64,000 nt of DNA. Origin: Phoronis australis (Eukaryota > Animalia > Phoronida). The stretch is taken from positions 1-64,000 of the forward strand of contig NMRA01000725.1 in assembly GCA_002633005.1 (NCBI GenBank), given 5' to 3'. The number at the start of each line of letters is the position of its first letter. Position 1 is the stretch's first letter. The position numbers were made by a program, and so were the translations under genes. The notes below the pieces were generated by a model. It did no database searches, was not told where the DNA came from, and was given only the letters and a program-made list of their open reading frames with translations. Below, in pieces: positions 49,315-60,289 of this stretch.

Positions 49315-51103
49315 GTATCATAAATTAAACTTAAAGAACATACTTGCCCTCATTTTGGAGATATTAACTATCAAACTTGGTCGGAAGAGGAATAAGAGCT
49401 AGAACGCAATTGCTTATGTGCACTTAAACTCTGCGCGTGCCGTACGTACGTGTATAATGAGTTAAAGGCGTATGGCATTGCTTAGAAGTTGCGTCATTGT
49501 TTGAAAGAGAGTTGTCCCTGGTATGCTACTAAAGAACAAATAAGAGAAGTAATGTCAACATAAAACTGCAATTAATGGCCCCAAAATTGCACCTAATGAC
49601 TCTAAAGTTTAGTACAAAGCTCTTCATTAGTGTATCAGAGTAATGTGGGAATTGGAAAATTCTATCTCAAAAATCAGTTTTGCAGTAGTGCATTATGGGT
49701 AATGACAATTGTATCAATGAAATTTGGTAAATGGTTGAACCACCATTGGAATGAAGTATATCTCTAGTAAAAAAGTATATACTACCTGGATGAAGAAGTC
49801 AAAATTTCACAGAAAATTGAACTTTATGTTCTTAAATTGCACCTTATGACCGCAAACACTGCGACTGAACCTTCTGTATATGGGAAACATATGCATGAAT
49901 TTGAAAGGTTAAGACCAAAAATCACTTACTGAGCTTTTACCTGGAAATTCAGTTAAAATAATCCGATCGAAATTCCGTGTATCTGGGTGCACTTATATAT
50001 GGCACAAAGCTGTTTACGAAATTTGAAGAGCCAATCTCAAAAATCGCAAGAGAAACATTTGAAAAAAATTCGTCGGTTGACCCCTCTGGGGGTATTATAG
50101 TGCATTTTGGGTCATACCCGTACTACATGTATCAGTAGAATTTGATTGGCAATTGGTTGAATCGGCATGAATATGAACGCTCTCCCTAATACAACATAAA
50201 AGTACTAGCTTACTGAAAAAGTGAAATTTGACGGAAAACACTACTCTCAATGACCCTGAAAGTGCACCTCATTCCAACTTCTGTGACTGAACTGCCTCTA
50301 TGGAAAACATATTGCGTGATCACAAAAGGTCTAGATTAAAAATCACTTTTGCACTTGATTACTTTTGACCCGGAAACTCGGTACCCTTGATGCGATTGAA
50401 ATTCCAAATAAATTTCGGATGCATTCTTTAGTGCCTACTAGTGAACAAAATTCGAAGTATCTATCTGAAAACCTGTAGAAGAAGAAGCATTTTGACGGAA
50501 TGCACTCCGTAGTTCCGGTTATTCCGGTGCATTTTGGGTCGGTCAAAAATCCTTGATTATCGTATCAACCACAATGAACATGACTGTGTTACCGAACCTA
50601 TGAGTAATAACAATCTGAAAAGGAAGGAAGAATCAGAATATGTAGAACATTAAAAAATCTAGGAGAACACGCGGAGAGTAATGAGAAAATAAAATGCGTA
50701 GAACTGTAAAATTGCGAAGAATAGCCAGAAACAACAGTACTCTGCGCTTACACGCGCAAAGTAAATATGAGACAAGTGTTAATTCACATTTATTTTTTAT
50801 AAAACGCAATCAAGCTCAATTTTTCAATGATATGAACATTACCAGCATACTTTTGCTGACCATTTACCAGATGTGCAAGCATGCGTACGACGTCGTGATT
50901 GAAACTTGTCAGCTGACTGTCAATTAAAACCGCCGTTGTAAGAGTTGTACAAAGGGCTGCATACGATATCAGTTACGTTTCTTTCGACTGGCGTCGACGA
51001 GACACTTGTGACAGACTAAATGCGCACCGCGAATGGACCTCGCCGGGCGCCATGAACAAGATCCAATTCATTCACAGTATATGTCTAAACATTGATATGC
51101 CAT

Positions 51104-52322
51104 TTATTCATCTTCGGACTCCAGAAGAAGCCACTGGATTGACAATCTTAGGAGTCGCAAGGCGTCAGACCAGACCTCCATCCTCTTCTGAGGGTCGTCG
51201 CTCGTCATCTTGCTTCCTAGTTCAAAGACTAAGTCTATGGCCTCGCTGGTCGACGTTGTTCTTGTATTACAAACCAGAAACAATAACGCGTTTCCCACGC
51301 TATAGACATCTGAGCTTTCAGTCGTTATTCCCCCGTCGAGAACTTCAGGTGCAATTTGCGGTGTTTCCTCTCGTTCTTCATATTTGACGATGCGTGGGTG
51401 GCTGAAAAATGAAATTACTTGCCTGACTTCAAAGTCGTCAGTATGTTGCGCAACAAGTACCAGTGTACCAGTAACAATGACCAAAGTTGGAAATACCTGC
51501 TCTTGAAACACGATTCAAAAACTGACCAACTCCCAAATTGTTACTCGAATCACACGTGGCATGATTGGTTTATTTCCAAGTTGAAGTATGAATCTGTGCA
51601 GTTCCAAGATAAGGTCCTCTAGTAGGAGCCACATCTGTACTGCAGTAGCAAATGCTCGTATGTTACAATAGACCTTACCCGCGTCCGTCAAGGGTTGACG
51701 ATTTTTCAAAGTCGATCATATGTACTCTCGGGTGGTCCCTGATCCTCGGATCAATCAGAATATTGTCGAGTGTAATATCGTTTAGGAGGATTCCAGCCGC
51801 GTGGATCCTTTTCACAGCTAGAATTATCAGCAAGGCCGTTCTTACGACGAATAATGGAGAGAACTCTCTGATATCGCAAAGACAACTCATTCGGACAGAG
51901 TACGACAAATATTCTAGTACCAAACCATAACTTCTTCGATTTCCAGATCTGTCTGATAGGGCCACCAATCCGTAAGCCTGCGGCACAAAACCGGTGGTAT
52001 AGAGTTCCGTGTACGCTAAGTACTCGTGCTCGGCCTTTGTGCTGTCTTTCCTCATGTAATCTTTAATGCACGCTTGTATAGTGCTCCCGTCCAGGAGTTT
52101 CAGTGATCCAGCGAGCACCTTACCCGACACTCCGGCTCCAATCACCACCAATTTATTTGGCGAAGGGCGGGTAAAGCTACAAATTAATAATTCCCAAACT
52201 GGAGTTTGTCCGTATACCGAAGGTGTTGAACGAGTCAGTGACGCGTGAACAGTACCACATTCATCAACAAATGACATATACGAATCATTAGGAGGAGCAT
52301 CAGATATGACAATATCATTATT
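51104..52322 (-). CDS. Divergent eukaryotic protein kinase (two identified exons: 52322-51679 and 51401-51104; 5' exons uncertain)
   Basis: Motifs IGAGVSGKV, ACIKD, EHE, IHAAGILLNDITLDNIL and IDFEKS precede the intron GG|gtaagg ... tttttcag|C (51678-51402). It joins in frame to GHPRIVKYEEREETPQIAPEV...SDVYSVG...DPQKR. About 298 aa from the Met at 52277. Confidence 0.8.
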
Positions 52323-54937
52323 CTATCAACAAAAGTTGTTGAAATCAAACCACGCAACCCACCGTACTATCTGCCTCGAAGTAGTCTTGCCACTCTATGC
52401 TATTACATTACCTAAACACTTGTGGATTGAGCACCCTGGCTCCATTGGAGTACCTCGGCGTTACGTTAATGAGCCTCACGTCACTGTTATAGTCGTCTAT
52501 GTCCAGGGATGTTACCGCCTTTGACGAATCTGCGTATGATCCGATGCCAAATCTGGTGGCTGTAGGGAACAAGTGTCGCCCCCACTCTTCAGCTCCACAG
52601 GTCCCCTTCAAATGGTCAGCCGGGTCGTCGTAAAGCACTGCGGATTGGTTTGTTTTGGACAATTGTTCAACGAATCCCGAGGATGTAGATGCTGTGTCCA
52701 GACTGAAGGTGGACGAATGAAAGCTAAGCAAAGCGTTGAGCATACCTGGTCGTATTTTCTGGTGCAAAAAGGCAAACTTCGCGGACTCGCTTCTACGATC
52801 CATCTTTGGAGGAAGTCTGATTTTCGACCAATCAATATTTTTCGGTAGACTTGCAGCTAAATGTGAAAAGACAATTGAAAGTAAGCCTCCTGCATTCTTT
52901 TTTAAAGACCCATGCACAACCACAGTTGCTTTCTTTCGTGTTCTGGGGTGGTTGTTTTTTTAATACCGTGAACTAACATTGCTAATGACACAAGATAAAT
53001 TTTGAACCTTTGAGCCGATTGACTGGTTCCATTAGCCTAATTAGCGCAGGGTGAAACACCTGAAGAGTGGCTGCACAGTCAAATGTAAGACATTGACACG
53101 TCGCAGATTCTTGACATATAGTTCATTTGTACCCCTATGTGGAATGGTTCATAACTGAAACGTTTTTGGTTTAAAAAAACGGACAGCTTCTGTAAAACTA
53201 ACGTTCCATTTTACGGATAAATTTTGATCGGTGATAACGCAAATTTAAGACAACTACCGCAAAATACCGGTATAACAGAATTACTTAATGTTTTCAGCAC
53301 GAACCTTTTTACCCTAGGTGAGTTAGAAGACCCATAAATATTAATCGAAATTTCTTTGCAAGTCCCTCATTTCAAACATTTTTTAACCTTGGCTCTTGAG
53401 TTGAAAATCTAGATTACATTCAAGTGCATGTGTACGAAGTGGGCAACATTACACAGAAAAAGGCTTACCATGTCTGAAAGAGGTTTCCTTGATGTAGCAG
53501 TTGTTGAAAAAAATTCCGTAGATAGTGGCCACCTACTAAATATTTCAACTGTCACCTAGGGTCCGGTGGATGCGCGAACCATAATTTTTACAGTAATATA
53601 ACTAAAATTTATTTTTAGTCCGCATACGAGCATGAAATGCGTATATCAGTTGAATAATTAATCTACAAAATCATTCTTGCGTGAATTACCCATTTGGAAA
53701 CTTTTCTTGCAAAAAAGCGCCCCAAGTGGTGAATAAGCAAAATTAATCTAGCGGCGGGAGTCCGACCCTTTTATACACTGATCAATTCATTCTTTAATGA
53801 CGTTCGACGTGCAATAAAATTACTGTGTGATTAAAAACGGGTAAAATGCGTATATTTATTAAACTCCTAGTTTTAAACTTCTGTTAATTGGGCTTATGCC
53901 TTTTGATGCGGTTACATGCAGTTTCCTTAGGTACTGAGGTACATGTGGAATAAACACACATTCCCACAGAAATGTGAGACCGAGGTGTAACTGAATAATT
54001 TCACAAGTGATGCAAAACGGTGTTAATACTATCCTTAAATAACGATAACAATGTTTCAATTTATCATGGACTTTTCTTACCAAAGCAGCCAAAATCTCCA
54101 GCAATAGTGAACCTCCTCTGTAAGAAAGGTAAAAACAACGTTTGCTGTCAGAATGGCCAAGTTACAGTACAGAAAATTACGCATCAGCTTTTAAAATTAA
54201 CATTTTCTCAATTGTATAATCAGCGTTTTAATCAGTTTTTAAAATTAACATTTTCTCAATTGTATCGTCAGCGTCCGCTTATCATTGAAGTCAATCGGGT
54301 AGCCACCTAGCTTGGTCATGTATACCATACTGCAATTCGGCTAGCGTGACACTCCTCTGGTGCACTTCTATATCTGACGTAGAATATAAATCTGAAACTA
54401 AATAAGGCGATCCAGACCCTCCCAAGGATACAATTGTTTCACGAAATGTAGAATATTAATAGGTAAATAAAACAACAAGAATGGATCAACTGAAAATTTC
54501 GGATGTAATAACGTCCTTTGTCAACAGAAACATAGACGTATGTGTATCACTGAGTACAAAGCGAAGAACATCATGAACACTCAATAAGCGCTGGCGTTTC
54601 ATGAAGAACAATATGAGGTAAACACGGGTCACAAAAAGCCCAAGCTGCTCACATGAAGTTCTTTGCCAGAGTCTATCACTTCTTTTGGGGTTGTCGCGCC
54701 AACTTCTGTTGGTCTGCAGCATGTACAGCGGCCATAAAAACATGCAAATATTTTTCTAAATCTTTTTCTGATGGCCCTCAGCCTTCGCCTACATCCCATT
54801 CTTTACTACGGTTGCTTGTCACGACTCTAAAATGTAAGAACTAGCATTGGCATGAAGAATAGCGAATTATTGCACAACTATCCTGTAAAAGATTGCACTG
54901 TTCTCCCAATTTGTCTTAGATTTTGCGACCTGGACGA

Positions 54938-57291
54938 ATGAAGACTATCGTCAAAATACATCCAGGTACCACTGTTTGTATTTCTTCCGTAGAACCCGAA
55001 ATTGCACACAGCCAGAGTAGTTCTGCTCGTCACCTCGCCATGAAACTTGTATCAACATATAAAGCTAAAGACCGTAGGGGTGCATGTAAAATCTGGGAAT
55101 CAACCGACACCCACCTTGCCCGTTACAGCCGTTTAAGTGAAAAACAATGCAACAAACGTCATTTTCTTGCGTAACTCTCCGCCTTTTCTTGCAATGAAAA
55201 CTATGTCGTCGTTTTGAATAGAGTACGCTCGTGTCAAGCGTACTTCGCAGCCGCAAAATTTGTTCTGAAATTCGGTTTTTCGGTATCGAAATTCTAAAAA
55301 CTTATAATGAAGTGAAACCAGTTCCAATAATTTGTTGTGACGTGTAAGCAAGCTCGTGGAAGAACAACAGTTGATTGAAGAATCGGCGAAAAAAGAAACT
55401 GGCCAATAGATGATGCAATATTTCATGGCGCCGAAAGCCTTCGCTCAAGATCGCTCCGCAACTTTAGCAGCAGAATAACGGTAGAACGTCATTTTTTCCA
55501 ACACCGTTAAATAATTTTGTTTACTCAAGGAAGACTGTAGTTTTTAATGGCACTAATTTTGTGTCACATCGGTGCAAAGCTGTATATTTAGTATTCAGCT
55601 TTGTATCAAGGCTAGGTTTTAGGGTAAATGCAAATGCTTCCAACAAAAATTTTGCCGGATAACAGCACAGTTGGCTGTGGTTCACTTACCTAATCTTACA
55701 CATAAAACGTTTTTAGCCTCTATAGACAATACACAAATCCATATAAATAAGGTTGGAAGTCTGCACAGTGAAAGTATAAAATCGAGTATCACACACATCA
55801 CACTTGAATTGCACGTCAAACATCAAAATGCAAGCGTCGAAACTGCGATCGCGTGAATATAACTGCACGGAAATTAAGGCTTCCGAAAGAACTTCTTCAC
55901 TCGAAGATTCTACTTTGCCTTTCGCTTGTCACTGCACCATTTGCATTTTTTAACCTATGAAGACTGTCGTCAAAATACAGCTAGGTACCATTGTGTGTAG
56001 CCTTGGTACAAAGCTGTATATAAATATACAGCTTTGTACCGTTGTGGGTAAAAAAGTGGTAAGATAAAATCTGACACAAAATTAGTGTCGTTAAAAACTA
56101 CAGTCTTCCTTGAGTAAACAAAACTATTTAACAGTGTTGGAAAAAATGGCGTTCTACCGTTATTCTGCTGCTAAAGTTGTGGAGTGATCTTTAATGACGG
56201 CTTTCGGCGCCATGAAATATTGCGTCACTTATTGGTCATTTTTTTTTTCGCCGATTCTTCAATCAACTGCTGTTCTTTCACGAGCTTGCGTACACGTCAC
56301 AACAAATTATTGGAACTGGTTTCACTACATTACAAGTTTTTAGAATTTCGATACCGAAAACCCGAATTTCAGAAGAAATTTTGCTTCTCCGAAGTTGTCG
56401 CGAAAATTTAAGAAATGGCGCGTGCGCGTGACACGAGCGTATTGTTTTCAAAACGACGACACACTTTTAATTGTTAGAAATACACGCAGTGGGACCTAGC
56501 TGTATTTTGACGATAGTCATCATACAGCTAGCTGGCTGGCTACATTGTGTGCATTTCTTCCTTAGACCCCGAAATTGCACGCAGCCAGGGTAGTTCTGCT
56601 CGTCACCTCGCCGTGAAACTTGTATCAAAATGTAAAGCTAAAGACCGGACGGGGTGCATGCAAAATCTGGGAATCAACCGATAATCACCTTGCCCGTTAC
56701 AGCCGTTTAAGTGAAAAACAATGCAATAAACGTCATTTTCTTGCGTATTTCTCCGCCTTTTCTAGCAATGAAAAGCATGTCGTCGTTTTGAAAACAATAC
56801 GCTCGTGTCACGCGCACGCGCCATTTCCTCAATTTTCGCGACAACTTCGGAGAAGCAAAATTTGTTATGAAATTTGGTTTTTCATTATTGAAATTCTAAA
56901 ACATTATAGTGAAGTGAAACCAGTTCCAATAATTTGTTTTGACGTGTACGCAAGCTCGTGAAAGAACAGCAGTTGACTGAAGAATCGGCAAAAAAGACTG
57001 GCCAAAAGGTGACGCAATATTTCATGGCGCCGAAAACCGTCGCTTAAGATCGCTCCACAACTTTAGCAGTAGAATAACGGTAGAACGCCATTTTTTCAAC
57101 ACTGTTAAATGATTTTTACTCAAGGAAGATTGTAGTCTTTAATGACACTGATTTTGTGTCAGATTTTATCATACCACTTTTTACCCACATCGGTGCAAAG
57201 CTGTATATAAATATACAGCTTTGTACCAAGGCTAAGTGGTATCTAGCTGTATTTTGACAATAGTCTTCACACAGCTAGGTGGCTGGCTACA
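54938..57291. mobile_element. Cluster of three copies of a hairpin-ended non-autonomous element (+ ~54970-55614, - 55998-~56485, + ~56544-57234) with four copies of a short flanking motif
   Basis: Direct alignment by eye (also visible as the paralogous track ORFs 54923/56620 and 55133/56184). The motif TGAAGACTRTCGTCAAAATACAGCTAGGTACCA occurs at ~54939(+), 55958(+), ~56490(-) and ~57237(-). Confidence 0.8.
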
Positions 57292-57732
57292 GCGACGTAA
57301 GCTAGTGATAACACCAAGATGACGTCTTTGACGGGTCACCGAGTTTATTTGCGTGGTTTCTACGGTAGGCCTATCTGGTCATAGCAAGGACGTTTACCTA
57401 CTTCATGTGCGTGCGCAACCGGCTTTTGTGGGTAAGGTCAGAGATCGCAAGCATAACGTAACAAATGTCCCGCATTTTTAACAGTTGTGAAAACATATTT
57501 TTCCTTTCATTTGCCGATAATACTCTCAAGAAACGAAAACAGAGGGCAGTGAGTAGTGTCGGTGGAGGCTCACAAGAAAACTTATGAAACTGAGCAATTT
57601 CCCTTTGATGCCTGTGATAAATTAAACTATTGCAAATCACAAAAGTTAAAAGTCTAAATGTTTAATCTTGCACATTTGTGTGAAACATGACTTTAAAATT
57701 TGACCAACTTGAACTGAAAAGCTTCAACGCCC

Positions 57733-58253
57733 ACGGTTCCTGAGTTTTCGTGACTGCTTACTTTCACATTGTAACCAAGTGCCATCGGATTTTTACAGTA
57801 TGGTTTGGAATTTTGCATTTTATGTTAATGTGTTTTCACGAGCTCTGTGGGTAGAGTTTCATTTCTGTGTAGTTTGTCTCTATATTTCATTGATGTCACC
57901 CATTTAATGGATTTATTATTGCTTTTTTATCATTTACATTTCAAGTTTGAGAACTGTTCACGCTTGGTATGTTTGCTCGTATTTAATAAAAACTCCTATG
58001 TCAGGAGAGCAGTAACATCAATGTTTTGCTTAGTGCTATTTTCCATGTAGTCCCCAGTTATATATAGTTTGTTCTACTTATTGTTTTGACCATGAGTGCT
58101 TGTGTTTAGTTTGTACGAACTTGGTTAGAGAATTTGGTTAATCGTCGAAAAAATAGATTCCAGCTTGAACAGAGAGGAAATAGTCATGATTTTGCATCAA
58201 ATGTTATCAATGTGTGTATTTGTAGCTGTGTTGATTGCGAAAATTATGCAAAC
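57733..58253 (+). repeat. ~520-bp direct duplication of 59594-60113
   Basis: Near-identical from ACGGTTCCTGAG to AATTATGCAAAC. Confidence 0.95.
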
Positions 58254-59592
58254 AACTTAATATAGAAATTGACATGTCCGAAATCAATCAGGAAATAAAT
58301 AAACTTAAAAGCAACAAAACCCCTGGAGAAGATGGTATTCCAAACGAACTCTTCAAAGCACTGACTGGTGACATCCTTGAAGTATTATGCAAACTATTCA
58401 ACAAGGTACTGACGACAGGAAAATTCCCGGAGAACTGGAGAAAGAGTATAATCGTTCCAATCTACAAGAAAGGAGACAAAAATAACCCAAATAATTACAG
58501 GGGAATTTCTTTAATTGATAGCATAAGCAAGCTGTTTACATCAATATTAAACAGAAGACTGATTGAGTGGTCGGATGCAATGCAATGGATCCCTGAGGAA
58601 CAAGCCGGATTTAGGGCAGGTTATTCTTGGATCAATCACTCAATCACATAAGTTCTTTACCATTTGTTCGTTATAATTCTTCTTTTTTCACGACAGGTTT
58701 CCTTAAATTGACTTTTCGTATCAATATATGTACGTAGTGTATCCACACACTTTGTGGATCTGAAAAGTTTCAATAAATTATGTTTTTCTATTTTCTTTTG
58801 CTCGCAAACGTTGTCGAACAACCTTGGCTGCTGCCTGTTCACTGCGGGTTTATTGCTTATTTTCATTTCAGCGTGGAATAATTCATTTATTAATTTAACT
58901 GCTTTTTTAATATCCATATCGATGGCTGAAGATATTTGGGATAATTTCTCGGTGGTGTCAACGCTAGCTGCACACTCTTTCCTTAAAACTTGAAGATTTG
59001 TGTGGCTGCCACTTGAGTCGGTGCAATAGGGTTGTTCTGACACTAGTGTTCGATCCGTCTGTATCAGCTTCCGTATGTTCTAGATAACGTAGAGTACACA
59101 TGATAGGAAATGGTCTGACTGGTCGTAGTTTAATACTTCAAAGTCATTAATATATTCGAACAGAGATGCCTCGGCAATAACATAGTCAATAGTGCTGCAT
59201 CCTCGAGTGGAGACGAACGAATAGTTTCCTTCTCTGTCTGAGGGGTATCTACCGTTAACTATGTGCGTACCATATACTGCACAAAATTTGGCAAGTTCTT
59301 TGCCAAAGTAATTAGATTTCGCATCTTGGTTGTTTCTTGGTTTTTCAAAATTATTTTGAACATAACAACAATCGCTATTGGCAAGGACATTGATATGCGT
59401 GATATCGTCATCTGGGATGTAGTCTCTGAGTGTAGCTGTCCTTGAGTTAAAGTCACCTGTCAAAATAACCCGTGAGTGGTTAAATTTCCCATTACTCTTT
59501 AAGCAGGTAAAGTCATCCTCGAGACGATCAACACCGCAGTCAGAAATGTCGTGGCTGTAGTATGCTGACCCTTCGGGAGGGAGATAAATAAA
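58252..59592. mobile_element. Rearranged second copy of the LINE: inverted RT piece (58252-58626, +) fused to an endonuclease/linker piece (58622-59592, -)
   Basis: The plus piece is the reverse complement of ~61835-62194 (KTPGEDGIPNELFK...NYRGISL...EEQAGFR). The minus piece matches 62408-63383. Confidence 0.9.
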
Positions 59593-60289
59593 NACGGTTC
59601 CTGAGTTTTCGTGACTGCTTACTCTCACATTGTAACCAACTGCCATCGGATTTTTACAGTATGGTTTGGAATTATGCATTTTAGGTTGATGTGTTTTCAT
59701 GAGCTCTGTTGGTAGAGTTTCATTTCTGTGTAGTGTGTCTCTATATTTGATTGATGTCACCCATTTAATGGATTTATTATTGCTTTTTTATGATTTACAT
59801 TTCAAGTTTGAGAACTGTTCACGCTTGGTATGTTTGCTCGTATTTAATAAAAACTCCTATGTCAGGAGAGCAGTAACATCAATGTTTTGCTTAGTGCTAT
59901 TTTCCATTAGTCCCCAGTTACATATAGTTTGCTCTACTTATTGTTTTGACCATGAGTGCTTGTGTTTAGTTTGTACGAACTTGGTTAGAGAATTTGGTTA
60001 ATCGTCGAATAAAAAGATTCCAGCTTGAACAGAGAGGAAATAGTCATGATTTTGCATCAAATGTTATCAATGTGTGTATTTATAGCTATGGTGATTGCGA
60101 AAATTATGCAAACCCTTGGAAGGAAACTGCATGTGAGAGAGAGAAAGATAGGTTGTTTATTGCACTTGGAGCTAAGCTCATTTGTACATATTACATTGCA
60201 ACATTTGGTATAGGTGGCAATTTCATGTCCGGGTATTCAATACATATATGCATATTTACACGTTACAATGTTAGAGTTTCCAGTATAAT

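Larger units (their letters stand above)
46742..50620. repeat. Complex element built of diverged ~420-bp tandem units (TGACCTTTGACC-containing), possibly a non-autonomous Helitron/Helentron type; interrupted at ~48070-49314
   Basis: A recurring block (GAAGAGAAT..CCTT..AAA...ATGACCTTTGCACTAA) appears at ~46845, 47292, 47710 and 47950. Related ~415-bp units appear at ~49680 and ~50098. The family assignment is inference only. Confidence 0.6.

Noticed and set aside
49462-49477. TTAAAGGCGTATGGCA as the left end of a second Kolobok element carrying the kinase
   Set aside because: It resembles the terminus at 49314, but I found no matching right end in the window, so capture of the kinase is unsupported.
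51515-51709. ORF suggesting the kinase is frameshifted
   Set aside because: It lies in a canonical intron whose removal restores the kinase domain in frame.
54486-54844. Overlapping short ORFs with coding-like composition
   Set aside because: Interrupted by stops in the most protein-like frame, with no recognisable motif.
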